Below are positions 12,824 to 24,699 of a stretch of DNA of 64,000 nucleotides, piece after piece (positions within the stretch are counted from its first letter, which is position 1; every line of letters starts with the position of its first letter). The notes beneath the pieces are model-generated. The model was given only the letters and a program-made list of their open reading frames with translations. It was not told where the DNA came from and ran no database searches. Position numbers and translations under genes: made by a program. Source of the stretch: Callorhinchus milii (Eukaryota); contig NW_024704743.1 in NCBI RefSeq assembly GCF_018977255.1, forward strand, positions 10,232,001 through 10,296,000, in the 5' to 3' direction.

Positions 12824-13146
12824 TAATAATAATGATAATAATAATCCTTGCATTTGATATAGCGCTTTTCACGTTGGGAGGACGTCCCAAAGCGCTTCAC
12901 AGAACACACGGTAAAGTGAATTGACTGTATATTTGTGGGCGAACGCGGCAGCCAATTGCGCACAGCAATGTCCCACAAACAGTCGTAGATTGAAAATGAC
13001 CAATTTATTATTGTTTTTGGTTTTATGAGGGATTATTATTAGGCGTGTGGAGTAAGGAAACTTGCCCAAGGTTTCGCCCTGCCTGGAATTGAACTCAGGT
13101 CTCTCGCTTGCAAAGCGAGTGCTCTAACCACTGAGCTACAGGACTC
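12824..13146 (-). mobile_element. SINE-A short form, young full-length copy
   Basis: Nearly identical to 25179-25512; tRNA-Ala-like head, L2-type hairpin tail, (AAT)n. Confidence 0.92.
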
Positions 13147-13374
13147 TAAACTTGGATGGCCCTGTTGTTTTGAATTGCCAATGCACTTTTTTGTGTGTAG
13201 ATTCTGCCCTTGCACCACCCATGCAGGTATATGCAAAACATCGTTCATGCACATGTGTATCTCTCATGTTCAATGCAACAATGAAGAAATTAAACAGAAT
13301 ATTTGAGGTGCATAAAAAATGTAAAGCCAGAATAATAGTTTCAGATTAACCACAGTAACAGGACAAGAAGTCAT

Positions 13375-14085
13375 GATAATAATAATCTGTAAAGCGCCTT
13401 TCATGATGGGAGAATGTCTCAAAGCACAGGATATACTGTAAAGTGGCTGTTTATTTTGTGGAAAACTTGGAGGCCAATTTTGAAAACAGCAATGTCCTTC
13501 AAACAGCCATTAAATGAATGACCAGTTTTATTTTGGAGCATTGTTGGTCAGGACATTGTGAGAAACTCCCTTCTCTTTTTGAGCAGTGCCATCTTGGAGT
13601 CCCGTAACTCAGTGATTACAGCTACTCTAATCTCACTCACCCACCTCATTTACTCACTCACCTCGCAAGTGAGAGACCTGGGTTCGATTCCTGGCTGGTC
13701 GAAACTTTGGGCAAGTTTCCTTACTCTACCCGCCTGATAGTAATCCCTCAAGAAAAAAACCAATAATGAATTAGTCACTTCAATCCACGACTGTTGGTGG
13801 AACACTGTTGTGCACAATTGACTGCTGCGTTTCTCCGACAAATATGCGGTCAATTCACTTTACAGTATATTGTGTGAAGCACTTTGAGACGTCTCAAAGA
13901 TGTGAAAAGCGCTCTATCAAATGCAAGGATTTTATTATTATTATCTTTAACATCCACTTAAACAGACCTTGATTTGACGTCTCATTTGAAGGACAACACC
14001 TCTGACAATGCAACGCACTCCCAGCACTGTGTTGGAGTTTCAGCATAGACTATATGAGTTCTAAATCCCCACGTGGGGCTTGAAA
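13375..14085 (-). mobile_element. SINE-B host, split by a SINE-A insertion
   Basis: Body breaks at gtgccatctt (13595) and resumes at atctttaacatccac (13943). Confidence 0.75.
13596..13942 (+). mobile_element. SINE-A short form nested in SINE-B
   Basis: ggagtcccgtaactcagtg head (with an insertion), ggttcgattcc B-box, tail; probable TSD ATCTT at 13591-13595 and 13943-13947. Confidence 0.85.
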
Positions 14086-14496
14086 CCCTAGGGTTATGTA
14101 TACCAATTTTAGGGTGGACACCAGGATGTTTTTTGAACAGTAATTTAATCAAAATCTGGAATGGGCTACAAGAAAGGGAAGCAGAAGACAGGGTTTTGAT
14201 AACATAATCTCTCTTGATCTTGTGATCTTGTGATCAGAACTGAAACTCCAGTGAAAGATATTAAATAGTGCTGCAGCCAGACATACTGCAGAATCTGCTG
14301 AATAGCCAATGTCTGGCTCTGTTAACAGACATATTTATTAAAATTAGTGAGGAATGGGGAGAAAGCTGAAATATGTTCCAGCAGAACAGACTCAAAATAA
14401 ATGGGAAAGATGTGGTTAGGGCCCAGAGGGGGAAAGGTTGCACTGAGCCTGATACTTAGTTTTAACAGTAGATCAGTGCTATCAACAACAACAACG

Positions 14497-15889
14497 GAAA
14501 CCCTTCAGTCGGGTTTCCGTGCTGCCCATAGCACAGAAACTGCCCTGGTCAAGGTCACCAATGACATCCTGACCATCTGTGACCAGGGCTCCCTCTGACT
14601 CCTCGTCCTCCTCGACCTATCAGCAGCATTCGATACGGTCGACCACTCTATCCTCCTCCACCGCTTGTCCTCCCAACTCAACCTTCAAGGCCCTGTCCTT
14701 GAGGGGTTTAGGTCGTACCTCTCCCACCGTCTTCACTTTGTTTCCACGAATGGCTTTTCCTCCAGCCCCCGCACCGTCGCGTGCGGTGTCCCTCAGGGCT
14801 CTGTCCTTGGTCCCCTCCTCTTTACCCTCTATATGCTCCCCCTTGGTGACATCATCCGCAGACATGGGGTTAACTTCCACATGTATGCGGATGACATCCA
14901 ACTCTACCTTTCCTCCTCTACCCTCAACTCCACGACCACCGATGTCCTGACAGCCTGCCTGTCCAACATCAAGTCTTGGACGAGAGACAACTTTCTTCAG
15001 TTCAACGTGCGTAAAACTGAGGCCCTCCTGATTGGCTCACGTCAGCGCCTCCGCACCTCAGGCGCTGACAGCATCATCATCCAAGGCTGCACTCTCCACC
15101 TCTCAAAGCCAGTCAGGAACCTCGGGGTTCTGTTCGACCCTGAGCTGTCCTTTCTCCCTCATATCCGCTCCACAACTGGCACCGCCTTCCATCACTTCCG
15201 GAATATCGCCAGACTACGGTACTACCTCACCCCTTACGCTGCTGAAACTCTGGTCCACGCCTTTATCACCTCAAGGCTGGACTATGGGAACTCTCTGCTC
15301 ACCGGCCTTCCCAGGACCTCCCTCCACATGCTGCAGGTCATTCAGAACTCTGCAGCTCGTGTACTGTCCCGCACCAGGCTTCGCGACCACATCACTCCCA
15401 CCCTCGCTCACCTCCACTGGCTCCCCATCCCCCAGAGGATCAAATTCAAGATCCTCACCCTCACCTACAAGGCCATTCACGGCCTTGCTCCCTCCTACCT
15501 CTCTGACTTACTATCCCCCTACCTACCTGCCCGTACCCTCCGTTCCTCTGGCTCCGGTCTGCTCCACATCCCCCGCCCCAACCGCCCTACCATTGGTGGC
15601 TCGGCCTTCAGCCTCTCAACCCCTATGCTCTGGAACTCTATCCCCCAGTGCCTTCACCTTGCCTCCTCCCTTTCCTCCTTCAAGGCCGGTCTCAAGACCT
15701 TTCTCTTTGATCGTGCCTTCAGCTCCCCTCTCGACTCTCTACCCCCTCCTCGCTCCCTCCCTTCCCTCCACTCACCCTGACCATTTCCCCCCTGCTTGGG
15801 TCCTGACCCAACTGTACAGCGACTTGGGACATCCTCCCGACGTGAAAGGCGCTCTATAAATGGAATCTTGCTGTTGTTGTTGTTGTTGT
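14497..15889 (+). mobile_element. Young 5'-truncated L2 LINE
   Basis: One frame from QSGFRAAHSTETAL to the stop at 15780, with a single internal TGA (14596-14598); 3' UTR hairpin and (GTT)n tail. Confidence 0.95.
14665..15780 (+). pseudogene. L2 ORF2 reverse transcriptase C-terminal segment (371 aa open)
   Basis: [49 protein letters not shown]; lacks the N-terminus and endonuclease. Confidence 0.9.
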
Positions 15890-15906
15890 AAATGCAAACA
15901 TAATTC

Positions 15907-16392
15907 AGCCTGGATTAATTGGTAACATTCTTGCCACTGATTTGGAAGGTTGTGAGTTGAAACCCCATGTCAGAACTTTGATCTCATATCATCTAGGCTG
16001 ACACTCCAATGCAGTTCTGGAGATGCGCTGCATTGTCAGAAGTGCTGTCTTTTAGATAAAATGTTAATCCTTATTTTTTTGATCAGTGCCATGAGATCGT
16101 TAATGTCAACCTGCCAGTTCAGCCAGTGTGATCTCGTCAGTGAAATCAATGGGATTATACACTTAAGAGATCATGGCAAAGAGAATTGAGTTTCTCTCTG
16201 TGTCCTGCCCAAATATCCCCGAAAAAATTGGTCAATCGCTTCACGGCTGTTTGTGGAACACTTTTGTATTCACATTGGCTGCCTCTTTTACCTACAAAAC
16301 ACAGTCACTACACTTTACAGTATACCCTGTGAAGCACTTTGAGAAATCCTCCGCATGTGAAAGGTGCTATTATCAAATGTAATGATTATTAT
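15907..16392 (+). mobile_element. SINE-B, near full length
   Basis: cagcctgg...ttggtaac head, ctaggctgacactccaatgcag, ctgtttgtggaaca body, L2-type tail. Confidence 0.8.
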
Positions 16393-16532
16393 TATTTAAT
16401 CATTTAATCATTTATTTAATCATTTATTTAATCATTTATTTAAGCATTTATTTAAGCATTTATTTAATCATTTATTTAATCATTTAATCATTTATTTAAT
16501 CATTTAATCATTTATTTATTTATTTATTATTT
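16393..16532. repeat. AT-rich tandem repeat of 8- and 12-bp units (ATCATTTA / ATCATTTATTTA)
   Basis: Directly visible; continues from the SINE (ATT)n tail. Confidence 0.9.
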
Positions 16533-16689
16533 AAAAAATAAAATTATTTTTTGTGTGTTTGACTTAATCGGTTATAATAATAATAATAATCAGTTACCTG
16601 ATACCTTGCATCGATGAAGGAATGTTTTGGGGAATTGAACAATTGGGTAAGACCAGTCTGTTTCTATTCTCTTGAGTGTATAATCCAGT

Positions 16690-18799
16690 TGGTATTTAAA
16701 GATATAGTGCATAATTCTCAGCGGTCACATATTCCCTTGAGGAATAAGAATACCACAGGGAAAGCAGTTCATCCATGGCTAACAAGAGCAGTTAGAGAAA
16801 GTATAAAACTAAAAGAAAAGGCCTATAAAACTGCCAAACAGAGTAGCAAACCTGCGGACTGGGAGTGTTTTAGGGACCAACAAAAGAAATCTAAAAAGCT
16901 CATTAAGAGTGAGAAAATGGATTATGAGGGCAAGCTAGCTAGGAACATTAAGACAGATTGTCAGAGTTTTTATAAATACATTAAGAGGAATAGGCTAGCA
17001 AAAATAAATGTGGGTCCATTACAGGCAGAGACAGGAGGAATTATAATGGGGGACAAGGATATGGCAGAGTCCCTAAATAAATACTTTGCTTCTGTCTTCA
17101 CATTAGAAGACACAAGAAGTTTACCAGAAATAGAGATGAACCAAGGGGCTAATGATAGGTAGCAACTTAGGGAAATTTACATTAGCAAAGAATTGGTGCT
17201 AGGGAAATTGTTGGCATTAAAAAGTGACAAGTCCCTTGGACCTGATAGTTTGCATCGTAGGGTTTTAAAAGAAGTAGCTCATGAGATAGTGGAGGTCTTG
17301 TGCCCGATATTCCAAAATTCTCTGGATTCTGGAACGGTTCCCATTGATTGGAAGATCGCAAATGTCACACCACTGTTTAAGAAGGGTGGGAGAGAAAAGA
17401 TGGAGAACTATAGCCCAGTTAGTCTGACATCGGTGGTAGGGAAAATTTTAGAATCCTTAATTAAGGATGTCGTAGTGGGATACTTAGAGAATCACAATAT
17501 GATTAGACAGAGTCAACATGGCTTTACAAAAGGGAAGTCACGCTTAACAAATCTATTAGATTTTTTGAGGACATATCAAGTAAATTAGACAGGGGGGAAT
17601 CAGTGGATGTAGTGTATTTAGACTTCCAAAAGGCATAAGGTGCCGTATTAGAGGTTGATCCACAAGAAGATTAGGGCCCATGGAATTAAGGGGAATATAT
17701 TAGCATGGATTGAAGAATGGCTAACGGGAAGAAAACAAAGAGTAGGGATAAACGGGTCCTTCTCAGATTGGCGGAATGTGACTAGTGGAGTGCCACAAGG
17801 ATCAGTGCTTGGGCCTCAACTATTTACAATCTACATCAACGATCTAGATGAGGACATCGAACTTAATATATCCAAATTCGCAGTTGACACTAAAGTAGGA
17901 AGGAGAGTAAACACCGAGGATGACGGTAAAAAAATGCAACGAGATATAGATAGGCTAGGTGAGTGGGCAAGTAGGTGGCAGATGAAGTATAATGTAAAGA
18001 AGTGTGAAGTCATCCACCTAGGTGGCAAAAACAGTAGAGCAGATTATTTTTTAGAAGGGGAGAGACTAGATAGTGTTAGCATTCGGAGGGACTTGGGTGT
18101 CTTTGTACACCAGTCACAAAAAGTTAGTTTGCAGGTACAGCAAGCAATTAGGAAGGCTAACAGTATGTTGGCATTTGTTACAAAAAGGTTAGAATATAAG
18201 AGTAGGGAAGCCTTGCTGTAACTGTATAGGGCCCTGGTGAGACCACACCTAGAGTATCGTGTGCAGTTTTGGTCTCCTTATTTAAGAAAGGATGTACTCG
18301 CCTTGGAAGGGTACAACATAGATTCACTAGGATGGTACCTGGAATGAGGAGGATGAGTTATGAGGATAGGTTGAGCAATTTAGGCCTATATTCTCTAGAA
18401 TATAGAAGAATGAGAGGTGATCTTATAGAAACTTTTAAGATTATTAAGGGGCATGCAGAATAGGTAGTGGAAGACTTTTTCCCTTGTTTGGAGAAACTAT
18501 AACCAGGGGTCACAGTCTTAAAATTAGGGGAAAGCCCTTTCGCATTGAGTTGAGGTAAAACTTCTTCACTCAGAGGGTAGTGAATTTATGGAATTCTCTA
18601 CCCCAAAGGCTGCAGATGCTCAGTCCTTGAACATATTCAAGACTGAGATTAATAGATTTCTTATGGATAAAGGGATTAAGGGATATGGGGATAAGTTAGG
18701 TAGGTATAGTTAGAATAGATCAGCCATGATCTTATTGAATGGTGGGGCAGGCTCGAGGGGCCGAATGGCCTACTCCTGCTCCTAATTCTTATGTTCTTA
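16690..18799 (+). mobile_element. 5'-truncated CR1 LINE, ORF2 RT region with stops and frameshifts
   Basis: [66 protein letters not shown]; 3' end ggccgaatggcctactcctgctcctaattcttatgttctta. Confidence 0.95.
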
Positions 18800-18934
18800 A
18801 TTCAAACACCTGCAGTAAGAATGCAAAAAAAGGCCATTTTGAATGGAGAGATGTGGAGCCCATGCCTTCAAGATGGCATCAACAGAAGTGAACACATATG
18901 TAATATTCTCACTCCAAGTTTATTTACCCGATCT

Positions 18935-19605
18935 GTCTCGGCGATGTCATCCGCAGGCATGGGGTCAACTTCCACATGTATACAGATGACACCCAAATCT
19001 ACTTCTACTTCTCCTCCAGCTGCAACTCCCAGGCCACTGATGCCCTGTCAGCTTGTCTGACGGATATCAAGGCCTGGACAAGCGCAAATTTCCTGCAGAT
19101 GAACATCAGCCAAACGGAAACCATAATCTTTGGCTCCCATCAACCTCTTCTTTCCTGAGGGTCTGAACTCCTCAACCTCCCTGGGCTCTCCCTCAGACTG
19201 TGCGAAATCTAAGCATCAGGTTCACGGCTTTCCTTTCTCCCCCACATCCGTTCCCTGACCAGGATTGCTTTTTTCCACTTCCACCACATTGCCCGTCTCC
19301 TTCCGTACCTCACAACCACAGCAGCCGAAACCATCATCCACACTTTTGTCACTTTGCAGGTGTCCTTTTCAAATGCTCTACTTGCTGACCACCATACATA
19401 AAATACAATTAATTCGGAACTCCAGATACTAACCAACACAAAACTCCAGACCCTCATCACACCAGTCCTTGCCAGGCTGCACTGGCTCCCAATTATTGAA
19501 CAGATCAACTTCAAGATCCTCTCTCTCATTTTCAAATCCTTTTATGATCTTGCACCTTCCTACCTTTCCGACTTGCTCACCCCCCACTCCACCACCTGCT
19601 GCCTT
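18935..19605 (+). mobile_element. Decayed L2 RT C-terminal fragment
   Basis: [26 protein letters not shown] and LHWLP remnants. Confidence 0.85.
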
Positions 19606-19848
19606 GATTTAATATCTCTCAAAACAGAGATATACAACAACAACTTGCATTTATATAGGTTTTCTTTTCTCAGAGGTTTATTAATAACTGGAACAGGTTG
19701 CCAGGAAGGGTGGTTGAGGCCACGACACTGGACTCATATCTTTATGGGCAAAAGGCCAAGTACTGCAGATCCTGGAAATCTGATATAAACACAAAAGTCA
19801 CTGGGAACATGCAGCAGGTCAGGCAGCATCTATTGAGAAAAGAAAATT

Positions 19849-19885
19849 AGTTAACGTTTTAGGTCAATCACCTATCGTCAGAACT
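19849..19885 (-). ncRNA. Degenerate minimal hammerhead ribozyme motif in the Penelope terminal region
   Basis: Minus strand AGUU-CUGACGA-U-AGGU(gauug)ACCU-AAAA-CGUU-AACU; the GAAA box reads AAAA. Confidence 0.6.
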
Positions 19886-21764
19886 GGGGGATGTTGGAAG
19901 GAAGCAGATTATAAGGACAAGCAGAGAAGTGGGGGTGGGGAAAGAAAGACAAAGGAAACATTTTTAGATGGAGGACAGTAGATGATGTGATCAGAGGTAT
20001 TTGCAAGATAACAGGCAATAGTGGGAGATTATAGAACCAGAGAATGCAACCACATTCACTACTGCCTTTAATCTGCTTTATTTGAAGAGGGTAGGAGACC
20101 ATGAACAGAGAGGTCACAGTGGGAGTGGGAAGCAGAATTAAAATGGCAAGTGACTGGATGCTCAGGGTTGCACTTGCGGATGGAACGGAGGTGTTCGGCA
20201 AAGCGATCACCCAATCTGCATTTGGTCTCCCTGATGTAGAGGAGACCACAGCATGTGCAGGGAATACAGTATACTACATTAAGTGAAAGTACATGTAAAT
20301 CGCTGTCTCATCCGGAAGCAGTGTTTCGGGCCCTGGACAGTGGTATCAGAGGAGGTGAATGGGCAGGTGTTGCAATTCCTATACTGGGAAGGTGCCAGGG
20401 GAGAGAGATCAGGTGTTAGTGGTGATGGTGGAATGGACCAGGGAGTCACCGAGGGAGCGGTCCCTGCATAATGCTGCGGGCGTGGAAAGTGAGGACTGGG
20501 GCGGGGGTGGGGAGGGGAAGGGGTGGGGAGAGGAAGGGGAAGGGGTGAGGGCAAAGGTATGGGAAATAAGGCTGTCTACCACAGGGAGGGTAATCCTCGG
20601 CTGAGGGAAAAGGAGGACATTTCAGAAGCTCGGTGTGGAAGGTGGCATTGTCAGAGCAGGTGCGGCGAGGCAGAGAAACTGGGAGAAGGGAATGGAATCC
20701 TTATGGGAAGCGGGGTGGGAAGCGGTGTATTCGAGGTAGCTGTGGGTGTTGGTGGGTTTGTAGTAAATGTCAGTGGATAGTCTCTGCCCCGAAATGGAGA
20801 TAGAGAAGTCGAGGAAGGGAAGGGAAGAGTCGGAGATGGACCATGTGGAGGTAAAAGAGGGTTGGAAGTTGGAAACAAAATTGATTAAGTTTTCTAGCTT
20901 TTGGCGAGAGCAGGAAGCCACAACAACACATTATAGTCATCAATATAGCAGAAGAAAAGGTCAGGGAGTGGATCTGAGTAGGAATGGAACAGAGATTGTT
21001 AAATGTATCCTACAAATAGGCAGGCGTAGCTGGGGCCCATGTGGATTCTCATAACGGCATCTTTTGTTTGGAGGAAGTGGATAGAGTTAATTTAAAGGAG
21101 TTGTTGTTCAATGTGAAAACAAGTTCAGCCAGTGGAGGTAGTAGTGGATGGAGTCCGGTTGGGCTGCTGTTCCAGGAAAAANTGGAGGGCCTGCAGACTG
21201 TCCTGATCGGGGATGAAAGTGCAGAGGGACTGAATGTCCATCGTAAAACGGAGACATTAGGACCAGAAAAACTGGATCTGTCAAAGTGGCAGTGGGCATC
21301 AGAAGAGTTGTAGATGTAGATGGGTAGGGGCTGGACAATGAAATAGAATCTAGGTAGGAGAAATAAGTTCTGTGGAACTCAAACAGGCTGAATGATAGGT
21401 CTACTGGGACAGTCCTGTTTGTGGATTTTGGAGAGGAAGTAGAGGCAGGCTGTTCGGGGCCTCTGAGATTGGAAGGACATGAAGTAAGTGACAGTCTGGG
21501 AGATGATGGCTTGGTGCTCTGTTATGGGGTCATGGTCCAGAGCGAAGTAAAGGGAACTGTCAGAGAGTTGGAGCTCAGCCTCCGCAAGGTAGAGGTCCTT
21601 TCGCCATATAACAACAGTCCCTCCCTTGTCATCAGGTTTGACAGTGATGTCAGGGTTGAATGTGAGAGAGCAGATAGCCGCAAGTTCAGTGGGAGAGAGA
21701 TTTGAGTGATTGAAGGCAGTGGAGAAACCAATATAGCAGCTGGCAGTTCTCAATGAACAAGTCT

Positions 21765-22063
21765 TTGCAAGTGAGAGACCTGAGTTCAATTCCAGGCAGT
21801 TCAGGGCGAAACCTTGGGCAAGTTTCCTTACTCCACACAGAGCCTAATAATAATCCCTCCAAAACAAAACAATAATAAATTGGTCATTTCCAATCCACGA
21901 CTGTTTGTGGGACATTGCTGTGCGCAATTGGCTGCCGCGTTCGCCCACAAATATACAGTCAATTCACTTTACAGTGTGTTCTGTGAAGCGCTTTGGGACA
22001 TCCTCCCGACGTGAAAAGCGCTATATCAAATGCAAGGATTATTATTATTATTATTATTATTAT
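21765..22063 (+). mobile_element. SINE-A short form, 5'-truncated, nested in the Penelope element
   Basis: Begins within the tRNA-like head; TSD AAGTCT at 21759-21764 and 22064-22069. Confidence 0.92.
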
Positions 22064-23277
22064 AAGTCTAGGGAGGATATGGGCCCAGAGGAAGTAGTCC
22101 ACGTGGAATGGGACTTCTGAAGACCAGAGAAAGGGTCTGCTGTGTGAGGGGAAGCTATCTCACCAAAGTGGACACAGAGGTGAAGGTAGCGGAAGAAGAG
22201 CTCAGCATCATGTCGAGCTCGAAATTCATTGAGTGGTGGGGGGGGGGGGGGTAAGGAGATGAAGCTGAGGCCTTGCTGAGGACGGATTGTTCAGGCTCAG
22301 AGAGGGGAAGATCAGACCAGATGGTGAAAACATGACTAGGGACGGGGTCAGGTGAAGGCGAAGGGGAAGAAGAATCAGCAGAGGGGTTGGGATCCAATAG
22401 TTATTGAAGCTTGCGGTCCTGGCCATCTGAAAGAAACACAAGTTTTTTGTTGAGGCGCCAAATGAAGTGAAGGATGAAATGAAACTGAGGCTGAAGACAG
22501 CTCTAAAACATAGTGAGGCTATGCTGTTCAAAAGATAGGTCGAAAGCATGAACAATAGATGTGGGCAATAATAACTCTATTAACAATACACATTTGATGC
22601 ACCAATAGTTCTCAATTTTGTTTCCTTGAATATGATATTAGACATTTTAATATTGTATCTACACCCATATCCTCTGTGCAATCTTGAGGTGAAACAAGAA
22701 GCATTTCATAACACATTCGGTACTCATTGAAAATATTATTGACAGGCTGCTGCAGTTTACAGACCAAGAGTTCACTGGTTTGAATGCCTGATTTGAATGT
22801 TGAGTTTGCCGGTCTTTGATGAAAGCCTGCTCATGATAAAGGCTGACAACTTTATAAAGTTAGAATAACCCCCCTTAATCTTGTTTATTGCAACAAATCT
22901 CAGTTTCAGGAACTTGTAAGTCAGGTTGACTATATTTCCCTCAAATTATCTTCAGCTTCAGAAAAGATCCCCCTTGCGTTCTTTAATTTCAGTTTTCTAA
23001 TTTTAGAATCAACTTGGTTCCCGCTTGGTATGAATATCCGTTGGCAGCAAACTGATCTGGGCATGAAGTATCTTACCTTCTCACAAGTGAGAGACACTGA
23101 ACAGAAATCAGTAAAAATTGGCTTGACCTAAATCTTGTGTATCACTTACTTTCTGTTTGACAAGCTATGCGGTTTTAGCTGGTTAGACTCCACAGTAAGC
23201 CAATGCACACTCTAGGGTTCCCAAGCCTGGTCTTTACCAACCTGTGCCTAATATTCTCTGGAATTAGGCAAACATAG

Positions 23278-23619
23278 TGTAGTGATTAGCTTGATCACCT
23301 CACAAAGCAAGAGGACCTGAGTTTGATTCCCAGGCAGGGTGAAACCTTAGGCATGTTTCTTACTCCACGTGTCTCTGTTTACCTAGCAGTAAGAAGGAAA
23401 CTTGTTGTTGTTTCCAGGGGTAATAACCCATCAAAAAAAGTTACTTGTTCCATGACTGTTTGTGGGACATTGCTATGGGCAATTGACTGCATTTTGCCCA
23501 CCAAATACACAGTCAATTAATTTCACAACATATACGCTGTGAAGTATTTTGAGACATCTCAACATCATGATAAGGTGCTATATCAATGCAAGGATTATTA
23601 TTATTATTGTTATTATTAT
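23278..23619 (+). mobile_element. SINE-A long form, decayed
   Basis: gagtttgattcccaggcagggtgaaacc head, ctctgtttacctagcagtaag middle, (ATT)n tail. Confidence 0.8.
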
Positions 23620-24457
23620 AAACAAGGTACATCCTTCCAGGGAGAGAGTGCACATGCCATTGCAAGATTGATCATTCACTACATGACTGCTTGTGGGTCT
23701 TTGCCTGTGCAATTGGGCTGCTAAGCTTGTCCACAAAACACAGTCACTCAACTGCACAATAAGTCCTGCTGAAGTGCTTTGAGATGTCCTCCCTACACCA
23801 AATAGAAGAATTATTATTATTATCCCAATCGATTTGTTGCAGCGCTAATTGTAACCTGCACAAGTCGACTGCGTTGTAATAATAATACCATGAGATATGT
23901 TTAACCGAATGACAATACTTGGCACTGGATCAAAATATTTGTTCCTTTTCTGAATGAGTTCAAAAATGAGAGGAGGAACAAACCTTAAATAAATTCAACA
24001 CAGCTTTCCTCTCAAGATCTGTAATAAGAAGCAGATCGACAAAGTAAAGAATTATCTACAAGGATCTTGAACAGAACATTGATTTTTTTAACGTAGGTTA
24101 CAGCTTCTGCTAACCATCACAGTGAATAGTTTACAGTAGCTGACGTCTCAACACAAACAGTGAGCATGCAATAACCGTCAAAGAAATTTAGATAAATTGT
24201 GTTTGAAACATTTGGGTCGTGCCCCTTGGACAGAGAAAAAAGAGCACAGATTTCCCAGGATGGAATCTAGTTATTGAAACACCCTAAATCCATTGCCCAG
24301 AGAGACAGTTACAATTGAGGCCCAAAAGTTTCACTTGCTACTGATAGGGGTATGTCATGTATTTAACTCCCAAATGATTGTACTTTCCCTCACCCCCACC
24401 ACCACTCCAAGGGAGTTTGGTTAATAATTCTCTCTTGGAGGTCACTAATTGTTAAAC

Positions 24458-24478
24458 TGTCTGTCTGTCTGTCTGTCT
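24458..24478. repeat. (TGTC)n microsatellite
   Basis: About five visible units. Confidence 0.85.
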
Positions 24479-24699
24479 GGTAATATGCAACACAATCCCT
24501 TGCTTTCATTCTACCAGACTTTTGCTACACATGTTTAAACTTCAAACTGTGTTATTTCAGACTGAAGATCCTCTATGAGATATGGCTCTTTGGAAAGATT
24601 TGTGCTTCCTCTAACATTTGTTGGATTTAATATAAGAATCCTTACCTTCGGTATAGTGCCTTTCCTGTTGGGAATATGCCTTAAAGCACTCCATTGGAT

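Larger units (their letters stand above)
19750..22560 (-). mobile_element. Penelope-like retroelement, decayed (RT, GIY-YIG endonuclease, terminal repeat region)
   Basis: Minus-strand remnants: VKPDDKGGTVVIW, MGPSYACLFVG, LPFLDFSISIS, DIYYKPTNTHSYLEYTASHP, and NVVYCIPCTCCGLLYIRETKCRLGDRFAEHLRSI (about 20180-20285). One N at 21182. Confidence 0.92.

Noticed and set aside
15032..15859. 275-aa Pro/Ser-rich ORF and similar overlapping ORFs
   Set aside because: Alternative frames of C-rich L2 sequence.
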